A model generated the notes under the pieces. It saw only the letters and a list, made by a program, of their open reading frames with translations. It was not told the origin of the DNA and ran no database searches. Source: Raillietiella orientalis (taxonomy: Eukaryota). Taken from it: a stretch of DNA of 64,000 nucleotides. Location: assembly GCA_036172245.1 (NCBI GenBank), contig JAYWIR010000051.1:1-64000 (forward strand), given 5' to 3'. A program made the position numbers and the translations under genes. Below are positions 1 through 11,494 of the stretch, piece after piece (positions within the stretch are counted from its first letter, which is position 1; every line of letters starts with the position of its first letter).

Positions 1-540
1 TCATGTGGACCACCACGGAGCGGTCCATAGATACTGGCAGGATCTTGCGGCCGTCTACGTTCAGCGGCGCATGGATAAGGCGGTGAGCCAAGGTGACATC
101 TTTGCAGACCACCTCGACCCGCTGCCCGCCGCTGAGGACGGAGAGGCCGTCCAGATCCTTCTCAGTGACATTCGCGTCCTTCAACGCTTTGCTGAAGGCG
201 CGCGCTGTCCGGCCGTCGAACAAGTTGCCTACCTGGTAGACAAGCGATGGCTTGTACCCGGAGGCCTTGTATGCGGCCATCTCCGCCATGGCTTCTGCGC
301 TGGGCGCGGCCACCATGGCGCTCCATGTCCTCAGCGTGGCCGGGGATGATTCCGGGGCGGCTGCCCCTGCTCCAGTAGGCTGTGGGGGCGAACTAGCCTC
401 CCCCACTCCCACCTCCATCGCGGTGTCCTCTGGCGTCGTGGCCATTGGACACCGACGATGTACACAAAACACCACACAGAAGAAAAAGCGCTTTCCTACT
501 ACTCTTTGGGGAGTGAAGGAAAAACACGTCCTCCAACTGG
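1..540 (-). mobile_element. 5' end and ORF1 N-terminus of a family-G-like copy (ATG at 445), runs off the window
   Basis: Minus strand encodes MATTPEDTAMEVGV...GYKPSLVYQVGNLFDGRTARAFSK, matching ORF1 at 27506; GGACGTGTTTT 5' motif near 520-531. Confidence 0.8.
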
Positions 541-544
541 CCGC

Positions 545-1895
545 GGAGGGTTCTGGCTGCAACGAGGCTGCCAGCTCCTCCGCGGCTCGCGCGAAGGCTT
601 CGTCATCGATGGTGGTGTCGATGACGGACGCCGCCGCCGGCTCGCTTTCCTCGCTGTTGACTGTGTCAACAGAGGGGAGGTCGTCGGTAGCGGCGAGTTC
701 TTTCCGGCAGCGTTCGGCAACATCGAGAACGCGTTCGACAACGACGCTGCACTCTTTAATTATCGCGCTACCCTGCTCTTTCTTCTTCTGTTGGTAGGCG
801 ATTTTCTTTTCCATCCTCCTCTCCTTCTTTGATTTTTTGGCCGTTGCCACTTGCCACCCAGTCTCATGGCCGGCTCCCTCAACTTTTCCGGCGTTGGTCG
901 CCGGGGTCTCGGGTGCGGCCTGGGTCTTGGGCGCGGGTGGCACAGCCTTCGCGGCAGCTTTCGCCGCCAGCCTTTTCTGCAGAAGCCGGGCGCGTTTTTT
1001 AAGGTTTCTCTTGGAAACCACCCGCACTGCTGCTTTAGGGCACACCTCCCTCGTGTGGCCCATTGTGCCGCATACTTGGCACTGCACATTGGGACACCTC
1101 TTTTTGAGGTGGCCCGACGTATTGCAGAAGCCACAGTATTTCGGCTTCCCCACATACCAGAGGTCGACGGTTTCGCCTTCGACCACCAGTTTGTGGGGAA
1201 GAGTGCAGCCCTCCCGAACGGTCACGCGCGCAGCAGTGAGGCCGTGTTGCAGCCCCGTGTAGTCCTCGAAAGGACTTACTTTCGTCCACTGCGCGTGGAC
1301 CGTTCCGAACTGTTCCAAAGCGGCGCGAACCTGTTCTTTGCGCATTCGCGCGGTGACGCCTAACAGGTGGACCACCATGCTGCGGTCCGCCGTAGTGGGG
1401 AGGAGCCTGCGCGTCCCCATCACAACGGGGGTTTTAAGCAGTCGTTGGGCCAGCTCTGCATGTTTGCAGATGACCTCAACGTACTGACCCTCGCTGCGGA
1501 TGGTCATAGCGCTGAGCTCCTCCTCTTTCACATCGAGAGCGCGAATGCCCTTCGAGAAGGCGCGCGGGCTCTCTAAAGAATATAAATTGCCCACCTTGTA
1601 GAACAATGAGGGGTTGTACCTTTCCTCTACATAGGCCGACAATTCCGCCGCGGCTGCAGGCGATGGCGCCGACACAACGGCGCTCCTCGCCCGCGCTGCA
1701 GCAAGGACCGATTCTGTGGGGGCGGACGCCCCCACCTCCATCGCCTCTGGGGGCGGCGTTGCTGCTGCCCCCTGGCCATCCCTGGTGGTCACGTCAGGCA
1801 TCGCTGCCTGATCGACCACCGAATCACACGATGCTTGCACTGGGGGAGACTTCTTGGCACGAGGAGCATCGAGAAAACACGTCCACCCTGGAGCG
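545..1895 (-). mobile_element. Family K 5' end and degenerate ORF1
   Basis: Colinear and highly similar to 45035-46426; knuckles CGFCNTSGHLKKRC / CQVCGTMGHTREVC; 5' end abuts CACAAGGCGTTCGA. Confidence 0.88.
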
Positions 1896-1938
1896 CACAA
1901 GGCGTTCGACTCCGAGAAAACACGTCCGCCCTAGAGCT

Positions 1939-4045
1939 CACAAGGCATTGGAATGTGCAGACCAAGAACTCCTCTTGGAGCTTCTGGGTCGCATGGGCTT
2001 TCCACTCTCCTTGATTTCCTACCAGTGCTGTTGCTGGAGGAACGCGATAATTTCGATCCTTTTCACTAGTCAAAAGGTGTATGGCGTGCCGGTGCGGGGG
2101 GGCATACATCATGCAGATAGTATCAGTCTTCTGCTCTTTAGCAGCTCTTTTGAGTTGGTGCTGAGAGCGTACAGGGTGACTTCGGCCCCCTTGCTCAGCT
2201 CGTGCCCCGGCACGCCCGCCGTAAGTTTTTATGCCGACGATCTTCCGCTCCTGTTACCTATGTCCACTACGGCGAAGGCGGTCGGAGATTTCTTCGACCT
2301 GTGCAGCCGTGGGACCGGACTTCAGGTGAATAGGGCGAAGTCGTCGGTGGTGCCAGTTGGTGCGGCGTGGGCAGGGCAGCAGGACTGGCTTTGTTTGGGG
2401 ATACCCAAGGCGAGGTGCTTCAAGTATCTTGGTGTGCCGTTGGGGGTCTTCTCCCCTGCGGAAGCGTGGTCCAGCTGCCTCCAAAAAGTCGAAACGGCGA
2501 TCGGCCCGTTCCTGGAAGGCAAGTTTCACTCTCCGGAACGGGCTGCGGTTTGGAACGCCTTTGCGGCCCCCATCCTCCGCCCCTTGCTTTTTGTTTCTCT
2601 CGACCCAGGAGTAGTTAAAAAGAGGACGAAGGACCTCCTCCGCTTCGCCCTTTAAGGCGAGGGGGGCCCCGAGTCCCTTTGAAGGACCTTTGCGCTCCTC
2701 GTCGGGATGGCGGACTTAGCCTCGTGACGCTGGAGCGCGTGAAGAAACAGCTGCGATGGCGTACCCTCGCCATCGCAGTGATGATTTGGAGCACCCCGTG
2801 GTGCATTCCGGCTCGCCTCCTCGCCAGTCGTGTGTCCCGGTGCGAGGGACTCACGTATTTTCTTCTGTGCTCCGGCCGGAAGATCAGAAGTTGCGGCCTA
2901 CAGCTCGGGCGCATGCCATCGTCTGCCATGGAGAACAGCTGGATGGTTTGCTGCCCCGCCAACTCCTCCGCCTGGCTGAAGGAGAACATCGGAACGTGGG
3001 CAGTGGTGAACCAGAGAAGCCACGTAACGTGGAACCGTCTCCGATGCGGCCCCTACACCCGCTGCACTCTGAGGAATCTCCTGGAGAATCCAGCTAGAAG
3101 CACGTGCGCAGAGACAACCTGCCTGGCTACGGCGCTGCCTTTCCTGAGGAGGGCGCTTCACAGCAGTCGTACGCCAAGGTGGCAAGTCTCCTGCTCTATC
3201 GAGGGACGGGAGAAAAAAATGAGCGGCTGGACCATGGGTCAACTGGCGGACGCCACGACCCCGAGCGTCCACCCGCGAGCACTAAGAAGATGGGGCAAGC
3301 TGCTGGCCATCCCTGCGGATGTTCTGAAGTGGCCCCCGCTTCTTCAGGAATCCAGGATCCTGCCTCTTAAGTGGAAAGAGTCGGCGTTGCTGTTGTTGCA
3401 TTGGGGTTTACCCTGCAACGCACGCCGCTCTCACTAAACAAGAGGAGTTGTGGATCCTGCGTGTGTCAGGTGCGGAAAGCGGGAATCGCTCTCCCACCTT
3501 ATTGTGGACTGTGCTGCCCTCCGTCCCCTTTGGGAACGGTTTGGGACGACCCTCGGTCTCCCTACGGGCAGTTCCTCTAGAGACGTTCTTCGGCCCCTCT
3601 TCGTGAAGGACGCCCTGCAGCCAGCCTCAGCCATCGCAGCCTTGTGCTGCGTCCCAGGCATCGTGGCGGCATGGAGCGACACCAACAAGGAAGGAGTGGG
3701 TCAACACGCAAGGGATGTCATCGCATATGCCCAACGCTTCTTGCGGAGAGCTGCTGGATGGCCCTAAGTGGGGAACATACATATGGACCTCGAGGGCTTC
3801 CTTCAACGGATGGGCCCTCCTCTCAGCGAACAGTGATCCCTTCCCTGCCCTCCAACCTTTTTTGTTTGTTCGTGTTTTTATTTTTACTTTTGTTTTTTCC
3901 CCATCCCCTTTCGCTGCCTGGGAGTGCCACGCCGTGCTGCGTCCCGGCGTCCCGGTAGGTCCCGTGCATAAGGCCGTGAGCGGGGCCTGGTACCGCAATA
4001 GTAGAGTTTTAATTAATAAACGCCCCGGAAGCATCCGGGTGGCAA
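1939..4045 (+). mobile_element. Family G 3' half (RT from HKA.. to zinc finger, 3' UTR, terminus), frameshifted
   Basis: HKALECADQELLLELL...YADD...KYLGVP in ORF 1606-2655; CVRCGKRESLSHLIVDC; terminus AATAAACGCCCCGGAAGCATCCGGGTGGCAA ends 4045. Confidence 0.9.
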
Positions 4046-5920
4046 CACCAAATCCCCGGTGCAGGCGGTGCAAAGGGAAATCCTCGCAGAACTCGCGGAC
4101 CGAGATTTTCATGCGGTCCCAGTCTTTGAGGTTGCGGAGGATGACGCCTCTCAGGAACTGACGGAGATGTTCCGCCGCACCGGAGATGCGCGTCCAGTCC
4201 CCTGGCATACGCCACGCCCTGGATGGTGGTCCTTTGTCGCGTGACATAATTTCGATTATCAACCGGAAGTGGTCCGATAGCGTCGACGGAAGTTTCGCTC
4301 GTCTGCCGACACGTGGGCACAGGTCGGCGTCAAGAAAGACGTGGTCTACGCTTTGGGCCATTTCCGGTAGGTCTCCCAGCAAGTTGCGCGTACGCATAGC
4401 GGCGCACAACTCGTTGGTTGCGTCTTTTTGCCTGCAAGGCACACCTGAGAGCAGGCGGATGTTGAAATCCCCACCGATCAGATGTGCCTTGCGTACGTTT
4501 GTATCCGCCAGCCAGTCGCGCTTCAGGGTTTCGAGCAACCGGGAACGTTCCCCGTACCCGCGTCCTCCGCTCGGAGCGTACACATTAGTCACGACAAGGT
4601 CCATCGAGTCGGACCACGTAAGGATAAGCTGGCCAACCCGACCGTCCTTGTCGAATCCTACGTCCTTCACGAAGGAAGCGACCGCTGGCTTCATAAAAAA
4701 AGCGACGCCACAGGTGTTGCGAGCGCCGCATTGCCAAAACAGACGACCCCCTGCGATCCTTTCGATCTCCTGGGCGTTCTCCACGGTGATCACGTGGATC
4801 TCCTGCAGGAGTGCCAGGTCGAAGTCACGCAGGATGTCGTCCGTGTCCCGCCTGTTGCCGTCATCGCGCAGCCCGTTGACGTTCCAGCAGGGTACGCGTA
4901 TCCTACGGCGACAGGCGAGTCCAGGTCTTAATCCTGGGAAATTGGCAATGGTGCTCAAGCCACCTTGTCGGGCGGGACGCTAGGAGCAGGGGGTGCGTCG
5001 CGCACCGCTTCTCTCTCCTCCATGGAGGACGATTCGTCGTCGGAGCCTTGCAGAGGAAGTAGGGGTTCACTCACCTGCACATCCTCCTTCATGGGGGTCG
5101 CTAGCTGCACGGTGTCGGGGAATGAGATATTCCCACCCTCGCCTCCCACGCTGCTGGCTTCCCCCTCGGGGGCCGATTCATCCGCCTCCTTATTGATCCG
5201 GATGCGCCTCCTGGGATTCTGAGACTTACGTCCCGTCTTCTTTGGTGGCGCCTAATACTACTATGCTTCGACAACTCCTCATGGACGCTCGTTTTGTCCA
5301 TTGGGAGTGATACGCCTGTGAGGTGGACCACGATGGAGTGGTCCTCCGTCACAGGGAAGATCCTGAGGCCGTCCACCGTAATAGGGGTGTTCAGCAGTCG
5401 CTGCGGCAGACTTGCCTCTTTGCATGTTAGCTCAACTCGCTGGCCCCCACTAAGGACGGATAGGCCTAAAAGGTCTTTCTCCCTCACGTTCAACCTTTGC
5501 AGCCCCATTTCGAAGGAGCGTGCAATTTTTTCATCAAAATCAGTGCCTACCTTGTAGATCAGAGACGGCTTGTAGCCGCTGTCCTTGTAGGCAGTTTGCT
5601 CCGCTACTGCATCCGGGGATGGTGCAGCAACGACGTCACTCCAACTCCTCGCCTATGGCGAAGAGGGTCGCGAAGGGGCGGTTGCCCCCGATTCCGATGG
5701 GGCAAGTGCCCCGGATTCCGTGGGGGCGGATGCTTCCACTTTCATTGGTGGAGGAGAGCGTGTCGCTTCTCCTCCTCCAACTTCCATCGCGGTGTCCTCA
5801 GGCATTTCTGCCATGGGACACCGGTGCTCCCACACACCAGCCAACCAACGAAAAGCTTCCCACTAACCAGTCCGTGGAGCGATGCCATACCACGTCCGCT
5901 CCCTAGAACGACACGGGGAA
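4046..5920 (-). mobile_element. Family G 5' half: internally deleted ORF1 plus complete APE domain, cut at GFG
   Basis: ORF 3627-4958 carries WNVNGLRDDGNRRDT...SDH...RGFG; ORF1 ATG near 5815; knuckle region missing at about 5255-5270. Confidence 0.88.
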
Positions 5921-5921
5921 G

Positions 5922-6092
5922 TTTTCACCCGGTCACGCCGGGGCGTTTATTGTTAAACACTTTGTTTTAGCGGTACGAGGCCCCGCTACGGCCAATAGTT
6001 CTTTGAACCTGCCGGGAAGCCGGCTGGTAGGCCGGCTTGACTCTCCTCGGCAGCGGAGGGGGTAGGGGGTAAAAACGAAAAAAAAAATAAAC
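5922..6092 (-). mobile_element. 3' UTR and terminus fragment
   Basis: Reverse complement of AATAAACGCCCCGGCGTGACCGGGTGAAAA at 5922-5951, plus GGGGCCTCGTACC motif and T tract. Confidence 0.8.
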
Positions 6093-6094
6093 CC

Positions 6095-6649
6095 TCCTGC
6101 ACCTTCTAGTTGAATGTGCTGCCCTCCGGCCCCTGTGGTAACGTTTCGGTTCCACCTTATGGATCCTGGAAGGTAGTCTTCCCAGAGGCGTTTTTCGGCT
6201 CCTCTTCGTGCGGGACGCCCTGCAGCCAGTCGCTGTTATAGCAGCTCTCTGCTGCGTACGCGGTATTGTGGCAGCTTGGAGTGGATCCGACGAAGCAGAG
6301 GATGCTAACAGAAGGAATGCCGTGGAGTATTCAGCTCGCTTTCTGCGAATAGCATCCCTATGGCCCCACCTGGGAAATCTGCAGAAGGACCTCGTCGGCA
6401 TCCTGCAAAGGATGGAAGCTCCACAAAACGGACAGTGATCCTTTCCCGACCCTCCCAATGACCAATGTTTCTACTTTTTATTTTTTTTTATTTTTGTTTT
6501 TTCCCTAACCCCATCCGTTCACGTGGAGTGTTATGTCGGTCTGTGCACTGACCACCAGACAGCTCTATAGAACTTTTGGCTGCAGCGGGGCCTTGTACCG
6601 CAAAAACTGTTAGTTTTTAAATAAACGCCCCGGCTTGACCGGGAGAAAA
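6095..6649 (+). mobile_element. 5'-truncated 3' fragment (end of ORF2, 3' UTR, terminus)
   Basis: HLLVECAALRPLW...ALCCVRGIVAAW; terminus AATAAACGCCCCGGCTTGACCGGGAGAAAA ends 6649. Confidence 0.85.
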
Positions 6650-8515
6650 CTTCGAACTGTACACTGCACACTGCCTTTGCGACGGCTGGCTTTAGCAGGA
6701 AGGCCACTCCACCGGATCGCCAAAGTAGCCTTCCCTCTGTGAGCCTCTCGATCTCCTGGATGCTTTCTCCCCTGAGGGCGTAAACCTCTTGGAGAAGCGC
6801 CAGGTCGAAGGGTCGCAGGGTGTCGGCCACGCTACGCCTCTTGCTTTCGCCACGCAGCCCGTTGACATTCCAACAGGCTATACGCAGCTGCCTGCAAGAG
6901 GCGATTCCATGCATCATGCTAATGATGGTGGTGGCGATTGTGTAGCCGCCTCCTGTTCGGGAGGCGGCTGGTCGATGTCCACCTGCATGGACGGCGTTTC
7001 CGCAACGACCGGAACGTTGGCAGCCGGACTGAGGTCGATCGGAAGATCCGACCGGGCGGTTTCCACGGAGGGATCCCGCGACCTCGAGGACATCGCCTCC
7101 TTGCTACCCGAGCGCATTTCCTCCTTCTCAGCCTGAGGGGGAGCGACGCACATAGGGTTGCGGGACTTCCGGCCCGCCTTCCTCTTCGGGAGGGCGACGA
7201 TGGGAGCGTTTCCGGCTTCCGTTTCGGACTCGGAAGTTTCCGGTCCTTTGGCTTCCACCGGACGTCTCACGGCCTTCTTTGCAGCCTTAGGCGGCTGCAT
7301 TAAGGTGGCCGCGAGTTCCGCCACCGCCATCGCGAAGTTTTTCTCGTCGCTGCTGCTCGCGTTCCTGTCGCAGGATTCCTGCGCCGGTTCCGCGGCGTTC
7401 GCAACGGTTGCGGGAGTCGTGTTTGCCGATCGACGTTCGATCGACGGAACGCGCTCGATGTTAACGCGGCATTCCTTTATTATTTCGCGCGGCGTAACTT
7501 TTTGCGCCGTTCGCGGTTTTTTTCGGTTTGCTCGCGTTCTGATTTGTGGATTTTTTTGGTTTTTCGTTATTAAGATTTTGATTTTTGGTTTTTTTAGTTG
7601 CGACTGGTTTCCAGACTTCCTCGCCGACGGTTGGATCAGAAGTCTCCTTTTGAAACTCCTGTTCCTTTTGTTCGGCTTCTTCTGAGTTTCGCTGTTGGTA
7701 GCTGTTTGGTTTTTTTTCTGCCTTCTTCCCTTCTTTCAAAATAGGGGTTTCAGGCATTGTATCGGCGTTTTTCGGGCACACAACGCTTGCGTGGCCCTTA
7801 GCGCCGCACGTTGGGTATGTGGCGTCCAAGCATCTCTTTTTGAGATGACCAAACGTGTTGCACAGCCCCCAGTATTTTTGTTTCCCTACGTACCAAAGAT
7901 CAACGAGCTCGTCGTTAATCTCCAGCTTGTGGGGACTTTGAATGTTTTTGCGAAGAGTTACGCGAGCGGCAAGTCGCCCACTAAATGCGCCTCTATATGT
8001 GAAGGCGTTGGACTTCTTCCACATCGCGTAAATCTCAGCGAACTTGTTAATTTCAGTGCTGATGGCTTCATCGCTCATCCGCACTGTTGTTCCTGTTAGG
8101 TGGATCACTATCGAATGATCCACCGTATGTGGGAGAAGATTGCGCCCTTCAAAGGGAACGGGCGTGCAGAGCAATTTGTGCGTGAGCGCTGCATCTCTGC
8201 AGATGAGCTCCGCGAACTGCCCTCCGCTTCCTACCGAGAAGCACAGAATCTCCTCCTCTGTAATGCCCATCCTACGGATGGCGTTACCAAATTTCCGCGT
8301 AGTTAGCGGTGACTATAAATTCCCTACCTTGTACAGCAGGGCTGGATTGTAACCTTCTTTGATGTAGGCTTGCACTTCTGCAGCCACGTCCGGCGGAGCC
8401 GCCGCGGCCACTTTATTGCAAGCCCCCGCCGGGTGGCTAGGCTGATTTTGTGGTGGGGCATGACCCCACCTCCATGGGTTGGGGAGACGTGGATCTCACG
8501 CCTCCCTTTGCAGGT
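6650..8515 (-). mobile_element. ORF1 (degenerate) and APE N-terminus, probably the 5' part of family T
   Basis: ORFs 7461-8270, 6914-7330 and 6531-6917 (MHGIASCRQLRIACWNVNGL..LQEVY); TGATG overlap at 6912-6916. Confidence 0.85.
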
Positions 8516-11494
8516 TTTTCACTCGGGTGAGCCGGGGCTTTTATTATTAAAATTTTTTAAAATACACAAAAAAAATTTCATAATAACGTAATGATTTGTT
8601 TCTTTTTGTTGTTGTTGTTCTTGTTCTTGTTTTTCAGTCGGGACATATTACCCGAATGGCTTGAGGCACTTGTCGTTACCGACCTGAAGGCAGATAAGGT
8701 CCTCTACACTGGCGAAGGGGTGCGGAAAACAAAAAATAAACAAAAAAAAGAAAACGCTTGGGGGGGCAATGTTCTTCGGGAGGGGGAGGGAAGGAAAGGA
8801 ATCACGGTACGCCGTGAGGAGGCCTTTGAATCCGGTCTCGGATGCGGACGAGTGCCTGAAAGTGTTTTCCAAGACGGCGCCAACGGCAGGCCTTCTCCAA
8901 GGAGATGGTTGCCCAGTGGATGGCATTCCGACTGGCATGTCCTCTCCTTGACGCGGTCCACTTGTCCAGTATTCCGCGTATGCAACAGAGCACTGCTACA
9001 TACCCGTAAGCTGGCAAGGCGTTCCGCATCAGGAGTCGAAATATGTTCTTAGGGTCGCCTAGCGGAATGTTCAAGATCGACGAGAGTCGGTCCCACATAT
9101 CGCGAAGGGCAACGCACTCAATTATTACGTGAGGACAGGTTTCCCTTTCCCCGCACTCTGCGCAGTTGTCATCCAACATTCCCCGATGTCTAGTGAGACA
9201 GGTGTGCTCTGCTTCAGAGTCCCTAATGGAGCAGAAGCAACGCCGTCTCCTGCCACTGCAGGGGAAGGGTGCCGTTATCCCACAACGCCGGGTGCCACTT
9301 CACCTCCTTTGGAGGTACTTCGAGCAGCGCGCCCCAGCGTGAAAGTTCATTCGGTGGGACACTCGGGGTACTAGCGTACGCTAGTTCCCGGTACATCCAC
9401 GCCTTCAATAATGTTTTCCTGCCTCCGATGAGGCAGGACACTTCCCACGATGCCTCCTGCTGGCTGTCCCGAACTTCCCTGAGGGAGGGCAGCACTGAGG
9501 CAAGGAGGGTAAAGGAGGCCCACAGAAGCTTCCGTGGGTTGCTGACCATCTCCTGCAGTGGCTGACTAGCGTACCTGCCTCTACGGAGGCAGGAGAAGTC
9601 CTCATCGCTGGAGCCGTTGATTTTAGCCCATGCGGAAATGGATTCCTGGAGCCAGGTAGTCCAGTCCACATGGATGCAGGAGATCCACGGATTGTCTCTC
9701 AGCAGGGCAACCAAGTCCAGCAGCTGAAAACCAAAGTAGTTAGGTCTGCGGTCGTTGGCTACTTGGATTGAGGTCAATCCATGGCAGCCGGTTGCCCAGT
9801 AAGCCAGGAGTCTTGACGGTGCACACCAGGGTGCGGTCCAGTACTTTGCCACAAGGGCAAGTTTACGGAATTGGAGCTGTTGCTTCATGCGCTCCAGCGT
9901 CAGGAGACCAAGTCCACCGTGCCTGCATGGAGCGCACAAGACTTTCAGACGGACGCGTAGCTTCCGATTTCCCCAGAGGTCTTTTCTAATGAGGCCCCTT
10001 GTCCCTTGACGAATCCGGGGAGGTATGGGGAATACAAAAAGTAGGAGGCGGAGGAGGGGGGCCGCAAAAGCGTTCCACACCGCGGCCCATTCCTGCAAGT
10101 AAAACTTGCCTTCCCGGAACGGGCCGATCGCCAACTCCACCTTGTGGAGTCGGTCGGATCAGGCTTCCGCAGCGCAGAAGTCCCTCAACGGAACGCCCAG
10201 GTACTTGAAGTACCCTTTTGTGGGGATCCCCAAGCGGATCCGGTCCGACCGTCCTGCTCGCGACGAGTCCGGAGAAATGATTGACGACTTCGCCCTGTTT
10301 ACCTCGTAACCCGTCCCATGGTTCAGCAACTCAAAGAAATCTTCGAGCGCCCATGCCAGGGTGAACCCGGGAAGCAGAAGCAAAAGGTCGTCGGCATAGG
10401 CCGACACGGCAAGCGTGCAGGGACAGGAGCTCGGCAGGGTTGCCAAAGTCTCCCTGTATGCACTCAGCACCAACTCAAATTAGATGCAGAAGAGCAGGGG
10501 GCTCAAGCTGTCACCCTGCCGGATGCCGCGACGAACCGGCACGCAGTACACGTGCCGGCCGCTGAAACCGATATTGATTGACGCGTTGCGCCAGCAGGAG
10601 CGCAGGTAAGATTGAAGCACGGCAGGGAAACCCATGCGTTCCAAGAGCTCCAGAAGGAGATCCTGGTCGACGCAGTCGAATGCTTTGTGCAAATCGACCG
10701 CGACGGCAAAGGCTCCCGCCGAGTCCATCCCACCCTCTGCCCGATCTTCTTGGTCAGAGGGGGGCGCGAGGCTCCCTTGACCGTCCTGTGCAACGCGTTG
10801 TCGCAACTGCCACCATGAGCTGGCGAGGAGCAGGTTGGCCTCCATGGTTCGTCCGGGAACAGCGTAAGTCTGTTCCGGACTGACCACGGATTCCGCTACC
10901 CGTCCCAGACGCTCAGTCCAGTGCTTGGTGAGCAACTTTGCGTCCACATTCACCACAGTGATAAGACGCCAGTTGCCAACGTTGCGCAAGTCTCCTCCCT
11001 TAGGGAGGAGAGGTACTCTAACTGACCGGAACGAGTTGGCGACATCCTCGCGTTCTCGGATCAGCAAACACAATTTGAGCACCAGGAGAGCCAACTCTGC
11101 CGCTAAGTGGAGGTAGAATTCAGCTGGCAGGCCGTCTTCCCCTGGTGCTTTGTTTTTTTTTAGTTTTTTGATGGCGGAGACAATCTCCGCCATCGTAAAT
11201 TCCAGTTGAAAAGTGTGACGTTCCTCCTCCCTTAACGCGGGAGCACCCTCTGGCAGGCGACGCTGCGCAAAAGGGCTCTCTGGTGTTCTCTTAGCGTAAA
11301 AAGAGGAGTAGAAATCCCGCAAAATGCAGCAAACCTGCGCTGGAGATGAGTGCTCCTGGCCTTCTTCGTCCGGTAAGCAGGCAGACCCGGATTGCCAGGC
11401 CTGCCTCTCAGCTCCAGCCTTGAACTCCGCCAGGCGACGGACGTCGGGCTTGTTGAACAAACGACGGGCCTAGGAATAGTTCCTCTCATGCGGA
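8516..11494 (-). mobile_element. Family T 3' two-thirds (linker, RT, zinc finger, terminus), with stops
   Basis: ORFs 10480-11460, 10159-10473 (YADD), 9223-10140, 8802-9179 (CAECGERETCPHVIIEC); terminus hairpin at 8516-8546. Confidence 0.9.

Noticed and set aside
5922..6649. MITE or DNA transposon with terminal inverted repeats
   Set aside because: The inverted ends are ordinary LINE 3' termini, the interior is LINE sequence, and no flanking direct repeat is evident; kept only as a structural curiosity
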